From a virus (taxonomy: Duplodnaviria; Caudoviricetes), in IMG/VR virus record IMGVR_UViG_3300036793_000090, positions 1 to 41,142 of that record: 41,142 nucleotides of DNA; one strand, written 5' to 3'. The translations under genes and the position numbers were made by a program. The notes below the pieces were generated by a model. The model did not search any database. It saw only the letters and a program-made list of their open reading frames with translations, and was not told where the DNA came from. Below, piece by piece: positions 9,729 through 18,572 of the stretch. Each line of letters opens with the position of its first letter. Position 1 is the stretch's first letter.

Positions 9729-10568
9729 TTATGCCGCCCGGAAGATTAGCGGTGCAGGGATAACAAGCGCGTTACTAGCGTTGCTGGCGCTCCATTTAGC
9801 AGTTAGTACCAGAGGACCGCTGCCGCTGATTGCAACACTAGTTGCGTTCGACGCAACGCCAGATGACGTAGTAGTGGTGCTCTGCCACCACGAGTTAAGG
9901 TTTGCAACAGCGTGCGTTGTGTCGATCAAGGTAACCGTTGCGTTGAAATCAAAACTGGACCCTGAAGGAATGGAAGCGGTAAGTGCCGGACACTTAGTGC
10001 CTGTTACCATAGACAAGATAGAAGTTCCCGCTATCCCGCCCCAGCGCAGGTTCCAGGTGAGCGTAGGCGCACTTGAAGTGGTCTGAATTGACCCGAATGC
10101 AATAACTTCCCATGATGCTCCGGCTATCAGCTCGTCCGACGTAGGCTGGTAGGTGGCAACGAGAGTTTCAGTGAGGCTCGTGTTATAGCTAACAGGAGTC
10201 ACGGACGCACTGGGTGTCTGCTTGAAGTTCTGGAGCGTACCGTGGGAAATAACCTGGACGTACGTCGCTCCGCTGGCGTGCGCTACCGGAGCCGTGCCAA
10301 GGGCACCCCGGGTTACATGCCACGAAGTAGTGGTGCTGTTATCGGTGACCAGGACTATTTCATTGGTGGTGTCAGCAGGGTCACGTGCGTAGAAGTACGT
10401 ATTGGGCACGGAACTGGTCTGAGCGGCAGGGAATGAAGTGTTTCCCGTGCTCATGGTCCACGTCTCGGTAACACCGCTAGAAGGGCTGCTGGTGCCGTTA
10501 GTTCCGCCGGACCCGGCAGCAGCCACGCACGATGCGCTGTTAGCGAAGACTTCCTTGGAAATAGCCAT
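9729..10568 (-). CDS. Ser/Thr-rich structural (fibre-associated) protein
   Basis: 'EIVLVT...VTRGALGTAPVAHASGA' motif common in phage fibre proteins. Confidence 0.6.
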   Translation of the reverse strand: MAISKEVFANSASCVAAAGSGGTNGTSSPSSGVTETWTMSTGNTSFPAAQTSSVPNTYFYARDPADTTNEIVLVTDNSTTTSWHVTRGALGTAPVAHASGATYVQVISHGTLQNFKQTPSASVTPVSYNTSLTETLVATYQPTSDELIAGASWEVIAFGSIQTTSSAPTLTWNLRWGGIAGTSILSMVTGTKCPALTASIPSGSSFDFNATVTLIDTTHAVANLNSWWQSTTTTSSGVASNATSVAISGSGPLVLTAKWSASNASNALVIPAPLIFRAA

Positions 10569-10574
10569 AGCTGC

Positions 10575-13484
10575 CTACAGTGACGTGTACGTAATGTTAC
10601 CGTACATTGCCGTGTTAATATGGCTGCTCGCGTCCACGGCATCGATACGGTAGAAGGTGTGCGTCTCGTCCTGCAAGTCAGCATTCGCGATGAACACGGA
10701 TATAGCGCCGGAAGTAGGGCTGGTAATGGTGATGGCCGGGCTTCCGCCTCCGCTGGACAGCTTGATTACCCGGCCATCGGTGTCAACGACTCCGGCGGTA
10801 GGCTTCAGGTACATGTTCACCGTGTAGCCGGTCAGGTTGAGCGCAGAACCGTTGTTGGTAATGGTTCCGGTCAGCGTGATGTCATTGAACTCCGCGAAGT
10901 TCAAGTTGATGTTCTGCATAGTCCATCCTGTCGCACTGCCGCCGTAATTTACCATTCCCAGGGTACCGCTAACGATAGCTCCTGAGATAGAACCACCCAG
11001 CAGGTTAGAGCTGGCGACAGTCCCGGCCAGGTTATTTGCAACCTGGGTATTAGTTCCTCCGTACGATACCTGGGTAATCGTGCCGCTAACGGTAGCTGTT
11101 ACGGTGTCTATTCCGTCTACCGTGTAAACGGCAAGAGCGCCCCCGAGGCTCATAGGCGGCCGGTTACCAGGCGCATTCCTGCTTCCGGTAAATACCGCGC
11201 GTGCTGTAGCGGCAAGGGTGACTACGCCGTGGACTACCTCTACGCCTGCTGCGGTCAGGTGCGCGGTAGCCGAGGAGGTGAAATTGCCGAACCGGGTACG
11301 TGTGCCTGCTGTGGTCAGGTGCGCGGTAGCCGAGGAGGTGAAATTGCCGAACCGGGTACGTGTGCCTGCTGCGGTCAGGTGCGTGGTAACAGCGGAAGTC
11401 AGGTGGCCGAACTGGCTGCGCGTTCCCGTGAAAGCGGTGTGCGCCGTTACTGCCGTGGTCAGGTGGCTGAACTGGCCGTGCCTGCCTCCAAACGATGCGG
11501 TTGTAATAACATCTGAGGTAAGCCCGGTCGAGCCGCCAGGCGGGGAAATAGCCGGGGCGAGCGGCTGCAAGGGAATTCCGCCGCCACCGATGCTGGTGGG
11601 CGAGTTGTTGTCTACCAGTTGCATTGCCAGCATGCAGGTCTGGACATCGACAACCCACGGCGTGTTGCTGTTCACCCGGTCAGAGAGGGGCATTCCCCAG
11701 TCAGCCAGGAACTGGTCCCTTACTGATCCCTGCGCGCCGCCTTCCGAGCAAAGTTCCCAGCCGGGGCCGCTTGAGTCAACGATGTAGGCACCGTAATTCT
11801 GCAATGTCCAGGCAAGCTGCCTTCCCGGCTCGCTCGTCAGTCCTAGCGTCGAAAGGTCTACCGAGGCCGGGATAGCCATCAGCGCGCCCATCTTCATGCC
11901 GCTGTACTGAGTGGGGTTGGCGGACCCGTACACGCTTACCGCCCCGGCGTCGGCAACGGTGGCCGGCCAGCGGGAGCAGGCTGCCTGCGTCGTCTGGGGT
12001 GCGAACACTACCGTATCGTCCACGACGATCTTTATCGCGTGCCGCATTCCCGTCTGCCCAGGGCGCAGCTCGCCTAGCCTGATCGACCCGCCGATAGCCG
12101 ACAGCTTCGAGCCGCCGTGCGAACCGGAGGAGCCGTCCGCTTCGTACAGGTCCACGTCGTTGAACGCGACAATTGAGGTGCCGTTGCCGCCGGCGGTGCA
12201 CAGTGCGAGGGGCTGGCACTGGGATATCGTCCTGCCGTCCGCCTGGAGGAACGCTGCCGAGTCGTTCTGGTTATCGCTTACGGCAATGTAGTCAGCAGGC
12301 ACCGGGACCGTGATAGGCAGTCCTCCTGTACTTCCGCCAGTGGCCCCGCACCTGTCAGCCCCGGTCCAGCCTGCCGACGAGTACGCGATCGTGACAGTCG
12401 GCGCGGCAGGCGCGAGCACGATCCTCTCGTCATCGATGTTCGGCATGGGCGTGAAGTTGCTGCTGCTGAACGGGTAGCTGGGCAGGCTCACGCTGACGTA
12501 AGTAGCGCCGCTTCCAATCGGCATGTTCCATATGCTGTTAACTCCGAACGGCTGCTGCAACGGGTCACGGGGAACTACGTTAATAGTCAGGGACTGAGTA
12601 TCGGTATTGCTTACCGCGTCGGTGACCTCAACCGTGAAGGTCGTGCTGCCCGATGTAGCCGGGGCGACACCTGTAATTGCCCCGGTGGAAGTATTCAGGT
12701 GCGCCCACGACGGAAGGCTGCCGCTGGAAATACTCCACGTGTACGGAGCTACGCCCCCGGAAGCCTGAAGGTCATCGTAGTAGTCCTGGTTCTCAGCAGC
12801 ACTGATCAGGGACGTGGTAGAGATAACCGGCGATCCGGCTGCCTGCACTTCTACCGCTATCACGGCCCAGGTGTCACCGTTATTGGGCCATGCTATCTTG
12901 ACTGCCGAGCCAGTGGACGGAACGGTGCCGCCTGCCGCGAACTCGGCGTTCTCAGTACCGAACGTGTTAGGGGTGATATAGCGGCTAGTAGCCGGGCTGG
13001 TAATGGTTCCCATTGGCGATCCGCTGCACACGAAGCCGCCGATTATATTTCCGCTTACCGTGCTCGGAACGTTTACCGTCTGCGTTCCGCTGGACCCGAG
13101 GGCGGAGTGAGGAGTTCCGAAAGCGGCGGCTACGGTAGATGCCGAGCCCAGGAACGACATAGAGCCGCAGGCCAGCTGGTCAAAAGATCCGGTAGCCGTT
13201 ACGGTTACTGTCCCGGTTCCGGCCGCGAGGGTACCGGCAATTCCGAAAATAGCCAGGTACCCGGTAGTACCTCCGTCTGAATGGATATTAGGGCCGAGCT
13301 GGGTCATCGAGTTGCCGTTGAAATCGACAAGCACGTTTGACCCGGAATCGTTCGTGGAGTCTACGCTGACGCCTACCAGCAGGGCAGTCGCGGACACCGA
13401 GCCTGTGTGAGTCCAGGTTGTCGGTGAAGATGCGCCGCTGATTCCGGAACTAGACGGGCCAACGGCATCGAAGGTAACTGCCAC
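10575..13484 (-). CDS. Large modular fibre/adhesin-like protein (Ig-like domain, globular domain, 20-aa repeats, shared C-terminal domain)
   Basis: He_PIG-like 'LQASGGVAPYTWSISSGSLPSWAHLNTSTGAITG'; 'PFGVNSIWNMPIG' domain; C-terminus similar to 7415-9709; likely leaderless GTG. Confidence 0.7.
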   Translation of the reverse strand: MAVTFDAVGPSSSGISGASSPTTWTHTGSVSATALLVGVSVDSTNDSGSNVLVDFNGNSMTQLGPNIHSDGGTTGYLAIFGIAGTLAAGTGTVTVTATGSFDQLACGSMSFLGSASTVAAAFGTPHSALGSSGTQTVNVPSTVSGNIIGGFVCSGSPMGTITSPATSRYITPNTFGTENAEFAAGGTVPSTGSAVKIAWPNNGDTWAVIAVEVQAAGSPVISTTSLISAAENQDYYDDLQASGGVAPYTWSISSGSLPSWAHLNTSTGAITGVAPATSGSTTFTVEVTDAVSNTDTQSLTINVVPRDPLQQPFGVNSIWNMPIGSGATYVSVSLPSYPFSSSNFTPMPNIDDERIVLAPAAPTVTIAYSSAGWTGADRCGATGGSTGGLPITVPVPADYIAVSDNQNDSAAFLQADGRTISQCQPLALCTAGGNGTSIVAFNDVDLYEADGSSGSHGGSKLSAIGGSIRLGELRPGQTGMRHAIKIVVDDTVVFAPQTTQAACSRWPATVADAGAVSVYGSANPTQYSGMKMGALMAIPASVDLSTLGLTSEPGRQLAWTLQNYGAYIVDSSGPGWELCSEGGAQGSVRDQFLADWGMPLSDRVNSNTPWVVDVQTCMLAMQLVDNNSPTSIGGGGIPLQPLAPAISPPGGSTGLTSDVITTASFGGRHGQFSHLTTAVTAHTAFTGTRSQFGHLTSAVTTHLTAAGTRTRFGNFTSSATAHLTTAGTRTRFGNFTSSATAHLTAAGVEVVHGVVTLAATARAVFTGSRNAPGNRPPMSLGGALAVYTVDGIDTVTATVSGTITQVSYGGTNTQVANNLAGTVASSNLLGGSISGAIVSGTLGMVNYGGSATGWTMQNINLNFAEFNDITLTGTITNNGSALNLTGYTVNMYLKPTAGVVDTDGRVIKLSSGGGSPAITITSPTSGAISVFIANADLQDETHTFYRIDAVDASSHINTAMYGNITYTSL
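11245..11383. repeat. Near-perfect 60-bp coding tandem repeat (~2.3 copies)
   Basis: GGTCAGGTGCGCGGTAGCCGAGGAGGTGAAATTGCCGAACCGGGTACGTGTGCCTGCT repeated at 60-bp period. Confidence 0.9.
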
Positions 13485-13500
13485 AACATCAAAGCTACCG

Positions 13501-13526
13501 GGAATAGGGCACGGTTCCCAGGTGTT
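13501..13526 (+). promoter_or_regulatory. ECF sigma (SigR/SigH-like) promoter
   Basis: GGAAT-N18-GTT upstream of a plus-strand gene. Confidence 0.6.
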
Positions 13527-13665
13527 ATAGCGAGTACAACTGAATCCCCCGGCCCCGCTTGCGTGCTTCCGCCAACACGACGGCACGAACACCTACCTAC
13601 CCATCAGGTTCATGTTGTAGGCGTTGCGGGGACCGGGGACTCTTACGTTGGAGAGGAATTACCCA

Positions 13666-13932
13666 GTGGCGGTTAAGGGACGGGCGGAAACGCCCGAGGA
13701 TCGTGAGAGGCTTCTGGCCGAGCTTGGGAAGCTGTGGAACATCCCGCCGGATCTCAGGCTCGGCCAGCTCATCTACAACGCGGTCGGCTTCTGGCTGCTG
13801 AAGAACAACAAACCGTGCAAGGCACGCGACGTGAGCGATGCGATCTTCGAGGCAGAAGACGACGACCTGCTGACTACGATCGCGAAGTACGTTATGGAGA
13901 ACTACCCCCCGAGGGCTTCCACATCTTCCTAG
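13666..13932 (+). CDS. Hypothetical protein (PDLRLGQL motif)
   Basis: GTG after GAGAGG; 'LW..PDLRLGQLI' motif seen in small phage proteins. Confidence 0.65.
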   Translation: MAVKGRAETPEDRERLLAELGKLWNIPPDLRLGQLIYNAVGFWLLKNNKPCKARDVSDAIFEAEDDDLLTTIAKYVMENYPPRASTSS

Positions 13933-14119
13933 CCTGCCGCTGGTAGCCGTCGATCACAGACGAGGGCACTACACGGGTCACGACACGGATCGCGTAGGAG
14001 AGCTGGAAGCGCGTCTCGGAGTAGGTGGAGGCGTCCACGAGCAGCAGGAAGGCATCGCTCTCCCACTTGGCGAGGTTAACCGCCTCGCGATCCGGGCCAG
14101 GCCCCGCGTCCACTGCCAT
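13892..14119 (-). CDS. Hypothetical protein
   Basis: Coding-like codon usage; overlapped by the deaminase ORF tail. Confidence 0.5.
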   Translation of the reverse strand: MAVDAGPGPDREAVNLAKWESDAFLLLVDASTYSETRFQLSYAIRVVTRVVPSSVIDGYQRQARKMWKPSGGSSP

Positions 14120-14628
14120 ATCTTCAGGCTACGCTTCGGTTCCTGCCTGGTCCACTGGCCCCCGTACCAGGTAACCTGGGCATAACCCGCGCCCTTGAGC
14201 AGCTTCCAGCAACCGTCACAGGGCTCGTCGGTGAGATACAGGTGAGCATCCCAGGCCAGTATCCCGGCCCGTATGGTGGCGTTCTGCTCCGCATGGAGGG
14301 CTATGCAGGCTCCCGGCCCGGTATCGTACGAGCTGCCCGCTTCCACGGCGTCAGGGCAGGGCCATCCCTTACCGCAAGCGCATTCGAATATGGAATCCAG
14401 GGTCTTTGAGAATGTGTCTGTCCGGTAGTGGCGTCCTCGCGGGCACGCGCCGTCTGAAAGGCAGCCAGGCTGGCCGGGAGCGGAGCCGTTGTAGCCGGTA
14501 GCGATGATGTGCTTCGTAGCGGGATCGACTACGACCGCGCCTACCTTGCGCCGCGTGCAGTCGGCTCGTGCGGCTACCGAGTCAGCGATGCCGAGGAAGT
14601 AATCGGTCCAGTTAATCCTCTTCGCCAT
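13978..14628 (-). CDS. dCMP deaminase family protein
   Basis: 'ADCTRRKVGAV', 'TGYNG', 'HAEQNA', 'PCDGC' zinc-deaminase motifs. Confidence 0.9.
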   Translation of the reverse strand: MAKRINWTDYFLGIADSVAARADCTRRKVGAVVVDPATKHIIATGYNGSAPGQPGCLSDGACPRGRHYRTDTFSKTLDSIFECACGKGWPCPDAVEAGSSYDTGPGACIALHAEQNATIRAGILAWDAHLYLTDEPCDGCWKLLKGAGYAQVTWYGGQWTRQEPKRSLKIWQWTRGLARIARRLTSPSGRAMPSCCSWTPPPTPRRASSSPTRSVS

Positions 14629-14748
14629 CGTCGCACTCGCTTCCGGGCTCGGGGTTTACTGCACAGCAGTTCCGGCAGATCATGTGGGCTATGTTACTAG
14701 CGCAGATTATGCCGAAGTACGGCCGGAGCTTATGGCCGCCGAGGTAGT

Positions 14749-15309
14749 TCACGGCTTCTTCCAGGCTCCCCGGTTACCCATGTCGAAGTCATCGACCACA
14801 GTCGTCCAGTGCTGCGGGGGGTTCTGGAGAGCGGCCCCGGCAAGGATGGCACCGGACTTCATCTCCGTGTAGATCTTCTGCTCTAGCTGGTCTTCCAGCG
14901 CCTCGTCACGGAACGGCCGGTAAAGCCAGATGATGTCGTGCTTGTCGTAGCCGTAGGGATAGTCGAGGGCATCTCCTACCCAGACCGGCCCGCGTGCCTT
15001 CTTCAGGGCCTCGTCAGCCAGGTACCCGGAGTACTCGATTCCGGAGGTGATAAGCCCGAACAGCTCGCGGGCTATCATTGACTTGGTGCCGATACCGCAG
15101 CCCACTTCGAGGAACTTAACGCCATCGGTAATAGCTACGACCTCGGTCATGATGGCTACGAAATCAGCAATCTGGAATGGCATGTAGCTCGTGCGTGTCT
15201 TGTCGCCGCCCTGGATCATGAAAGCGAAATCCCCGTCGAATGCCTCGTTTAGCGTACGCTGAAGCCTTCCGACGCGGCCATTGCCGATATAACTATTCTC
15301 GTCAATCAT
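14749..15309 (-). CDS. Class I SAM-dependent methyltransferase
   Basis: 'FLEVGCGIG', 'GIE', 'GDAL', 'YRPF'. Confidence 0.8.
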   Translation of the reverse strand: MIDENSYIGNGRVGRLQRTLNEAFDGDFAFMIQGGDKTRTSYMPFQIADFVAIMTEVVAITDGVKFLEVGCGIGTKSMIARELFGLITSGIEYSGYLADEALKKARGPVWVGDALDYPYGYDKHDIIWLYRPFRDEALEDQLEQKIYTEMKSGAILAGAALQNPPQHWTTVVDDFDMGNRGAWKKP

Positions 15310-15318
15310 GGGCGCAGC

Positions 15319-15624
15319 TTACCACGACGTTGGCTTATCGGGGTCTCCGTATACAGCTTTTCCATCAGGACCGAGAATGTACTTGACCTCAGGGTCTTCA
15401 CCGAGTTCGAGGTAAACCGGGCTTTCCTGTCCCCAGCCGGCTCCTGAGTTCCCGGTGGAGCACTGATGGCAGAGACCGCCGGGGAGATTGTTATACGCCT
15501 CGTCCATAACCACGTCGAAGTCAACCTCGCCGTCTTCACCGATTATTTCATCAGTGAGTTCTACCTTGACGGTGTACTCGGCCCAGACGGAGAAAGATAC
15601 CGTCAGCTTGTCTCCTGTTTCCAT
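15319..15624 (-). CDS. Hypothetical acidic protein with CxxC
   Basis: Leaderless-type ATG after TAGAGT; 'LCHQC'. Confidence 0.6.
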   Translation of the reverse strand: METGDKLTVSFSVWAEYTVKVELTDEIIGEDGEVDFDVVMDEAYNNLPGGLCHQCSTGNSGAGWGQESPVYLELGEDPEVKYILGPDGKAVYGDPDKPTSW

Positions 15625-15636
15625 GGCGCGACTCTA

Positions 15637-15846
15637 TCAGAGTTCCCTGCCAACGCGGGCAAACCAGGACATAGCCGCCTCGATAGCCGCGTCCATCGGC
15701 CCCTGGCCTAGCACGTGCGCGCTGGGGCCGGTGATGCGGACTACGAAGCCGTCGTCAACCTGGGCAGCTTCGGCACGATGGCCCTCGGGAAGAACCTCTC
15801 CTACGTCAACCCAGTGCCACGCGTGGTCTTCTACGGGAATAGTCAT
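15637..15846 (-). CDS. Hypothetical protein
   Basis: Coupled to upstream stop. Confidence 0.55.
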   Translation of the reverse strand: MTIPVEDHAWHWVDVGEVLPEGHRAEAAQVDDGFVVRITGPSAHVLGQGPMDAAIEAAMSWFARVGREL

Positions 15847-16913
15847 CAGTCGTCAATCAGCCACTGGGGGTGCTCCAGGGTCCATTTCACCGTGCGCCGC
15901 AGGGACTCGCGGAACGGCACGGGCATCGACCATCCCAGCGACATGATCTTAGACGGGTCCAGGCCGTAGTGCGGGTCGTGACCGGGACGCGTGGTGTGGA
16001 AGTCCTCCAGCCGGTACTTCAGCGGCTTGCCGATGTCTTCCGCGATCATCTTCGCCAGGGTCAGGTTGTCTATCCTGTCCGGCGAGGCGATGTTGTAGCG
16101 GTCGGGGCGGTCATTGACAGGCTGGCTGTCGTAGCTCTTGTGCGCCGGGAATACGGTGGGATCGGTGTGCTCCAGCAGGAAGAGGCTGGCGTCGGCCACG
16201 TTGCGGGCATGCAGGTAGTGCCGCGTGCCGATATTGCCCTCGGAGCCGTGAATTGTTATCAGCTCGCCCTTGGCTACCTTCGCGATTACCCGGGGAATGA
16301 ACTTTTCCAGATCCTGCCGTTCCCCGATCATGTTCATGATGTTGAGGATGACCACCGGGACGCCGTAAGTGCGCCAGTAGGAGATGGCGATGTCTTCCTG
16401 GGCGGCCTTGGAGCCCGAGTACGGGTTCGAGGGAAGGATTACGTCCCATTCCGGGTGGCCCTTGAAATCGTCAGCGGCCACCGGCCCGTAAACCTCGTCA
16501 GTGCTGACCCAGATAACTGCCTTGGGCTTTAGCACGCGGGCCAGTTCCAGGGTATTCAGGGCGACTTCGGTGTTGTTCCGGATGAACGGGGCCGGGTCGG
16601 TGATAGAGCGGTCTACGTGGCTCTCCGACGCGATGGCGGCTATGTAGTCGATCTCGCCTATGCGCGCAGCTTCCCGGGCCGTGAACGGGGCCAGCAGGTC
16701 GTGAGTGATCACGTCGATGCGCTCACCCCACCACGGACGTGCAGATGAGAAGTCATCGTGAGAATGCAGCACTTCCGCGATCCGGTCATTAGTGCCTTTG
16801 TGCCGGAATGAGTCTGTGAGCACGCAGTCCCAGTCGGTACTGGACAGTACATGCTCAAGGAAGTGGTGGCCCACGAACCCGCCGGCCCCGGTAATGAGAA
16901 TCCGCTTAGTCAC
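15846..16913 (-). CDS. NDP-sugar 4,6-dehydratase (RmlB-like extended SDR)
   Basis: 'GAGGFVG', 'ASESHVDRS', 'STDEVYG', 'YSGSK', 'RPGHD'. Confidence 0.9.
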   Translation of the reverse strand: MTKRILITGAGGFVGHHFLEHVLSSTDWDCVLTDSFRHKGTNDRIAEVLHSHDDFSSARPWWGERIDVITHDLLAPFTAREAARIGEIDYIAAIASESHVDRSITDPAPFIRNNTEVALNTLELARVLKPKAVIWVSTDEVYGPVAADDFKGHPEWDVILPSNPYSGSKAAQEDIAISYWRTYGVPVVILNIMNMIGERQDLEKFIPRVIAKVAKGELITIHGSEGNIGTRHYLHARNVADASLFLLEHTDPTVFPAHKSYDSQPVNDRPDRYNIASPDRIDNLTLAKMIAEDIGKPLKYRLEDFHTTRPGHDPHYGLDPSKIMSLGWSMPVPFRESLRRTVKWTLEHPQWLIDD

Positions 16914-17916
16914 TGGTTAGCTCCGTCCAGGTACGCATCGCACGAGCCAGCTTATACCAGTAGTACTTGTGACCGTGGTCTTCCTGGGCAAAGTCTTCCA
17001 CTGAGTTCGCCAGGGCCAGGTAGCAGGTTCCCGCGTCGTCATAAGAGCTGATGTCAGCGGAAGCGACGTGCCGCCAGAACTTCTCGTGGACTTCGATTCC
17101 CGGCGCTTCCTTGATAACGCGCTCCTGCGGGTCAGATTCCTTGGTGTGCACGATGCTCGGGTACCCGGAAGTAACCAGCCAGCCCATCTGATCCGCGATC
17201 CGCTTGACGAACAGGCCGGCCCAGATGTCATCGAACCTATCGAACGGGAGCTTCTTCAGTCCCTGGCTCGTGCGCTCGTGACCCTGGAGCATGAAGTACA
17301 TCGCCGGAAGTACCTCGGGCGCGAAAGCCAGGTTCATCCCGCACATGGGGAACAGCTTGCCGTGCGGAATAATGCTCACGTCGGCGGCAGGCCCGGTACG
17401 AAAAGCGGGGTGATCTAGCGCGGTAACGCCGTCCAGGTCGGGAATATTCGACCAGAGCCCGTGGATCACCCTCACCGGCTTAAACTTCCTGATCTCATAG
17501 GGGTACCCCCGGGGGAACAGGCCGGATTCCGGCGGCAGCGTGTTTACCCATTCCTGCTCGCTGTACTTGTAGGTCAGCATGCACTCGAACTGGTAAGGAT
17601 ATTCCTGCCAGCGCGGCTCGGGAAAGCAGTCGTCGTCCAGGGTCCAGGTTACTTCGCCCTTTGCCCTCAGGAACCCGTAGCTCTTAACGGCCGAGCTGCG
17701 CCGGGGGATGATCCACGAGTCGCCGCCGAGATCACGGTCGATGTCGTCCCAGGCATAGTGCTCGAACTGGTCATAGCCAGACGTGTCCAGCTCGAACGAT
17801 TTAGAGGGGCTGTCCTCTACCAGGATTACCCGGCAGCCCCCGAGCTGGCTTCGCCAGGCTTCCAGCCAGCGTTTCATGGAAGCCTCGCGGCAGGAGGCGA
17901 TTACGATGGTTGTCAT
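16906..17916 (-). CDS. UDP-arabinopyranose mutase / reversibly glycosylated polypeptide (GT75)-like protein
   Basis: 'LDDDC', 'RGYPY', 'HGLWSNIPDLD', 'PMCGMNLAF', 'RFDDIWAG' match the RGP/UAM family signature. Confidence 0.8.
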   Translation of the reverse strand: MTTIVIASCREASMKRWLEAWRSQLGGCRVILVEDSPSKSFELDTSGYDQFEHYAWDDIDRDLGGDSWIIPRRSSAVKSYGFLRAKGEVTWTLDDDCFPEPRWQEYPYQFECMLTYKYSEQEWVNTLPPESGLFPRGYPYEIRKFKPVRVIHGLWSNIPDLDGVTALDHPAFRTGPAADVSIIPHGKLFPMCGMNLAFAPEVLPAMYFMLQGHERTSQGLKKLPFDRFDDIWAGLFVKRIADQMGWLVTSGYPSIVHTKESDPQERVIKEAPGIEVHEKFWRHVASADISSYDDAGTCYLALANSVEDFAQEDHGHKYYWYKLARAMRTWTELTSD

Positions 17917-18572
17917 CCGAGCGGCGCTCCGTGGTGGTATCCGTTGAGCCTGAAGGTCCCGGTGGGCTTGGCTGCCCATGGTACACCTGCTGCGGCCCAG
18001 CGCGTTAGCATCTGGCCGTCTCCCTCGTAGCCGTCCCTGGGGTCGAAGCCGCCGTGCGTCATCACGAGGCGGGCACGGTGCATAAGTCCGGAGGTGTCCG
18101 CGTGCCCTACCGCAGGAATAGGACTTATCTCGTGGCCCTCCCAGCCGCTCAGCGCGAACTCGATGTGCGGGTGATCCTGGAACAGGGCTACCATCTCGGC
18201 AATGTGCGTCTCCGCGTAGTCGTTGTCGTCGTCCAAGTACGCCACCAGGTCCCCTGTGGCAAGCAGAGAGCCAGCGAGGCGGGCGGTAGCCCCGAACCCG
18301 CAGAGAAAGCCCGTGTTTCCCCCGTAGCCTGCTGCCTGGTAGAGAGGAGTCCAGTTACGCCCGAGCGCCACGAACCTGCGGGGGGACTGGCCGTCGCCGC
18401 TGTAGCCCAGGCTGCGCAGCATGTCCTCGGTAGCCTGGTCGTCACCGTCGATTACCACGAGGTGCTGGAGATTGGAGTACGTCTGCCGGTCAATAGACGC
18501 ACAGGCGTGGTCCCTGATCGTAGTCGGACGCTGCCAGGATGACGTGACTACGGTTACGAGAGGATCATTCAC
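17913..18572 (-). CDS. Glycosyltransferase family 2 (GT-A)
   Basis: 'PLVTVVT', 'QTYSN', 'VIDG', 'VAYLDDDN'. Confidence 0.85.
   Translation of the reverse strand: MNDPLVTVVTSSWQRPTTIRDHACASIDRQTYSNLQHLVVIDGDDQATEDMLRSLGYSGDGQSPRRFVALGRNWTPLYQAAGYGGNTGFLCGFGATARLAGSLLATGDLVAYLDDDNDYAETHIAEMVALFQDHPHIEFALSGWEGHEISPIPAVGHADTSGLMHRARLVMTHGGFDPRDGYEGDGQMLTRWAAAGVPWAAKPTGTFRLNGYHHGAPLG

Noticed and set aside
8040-11470. CRISPR array or DGR repeat pair
   Set aside because: Repeats are in-frame 60-bp coding units without spacers; no reverse transcriptase or adenine-specific variation.
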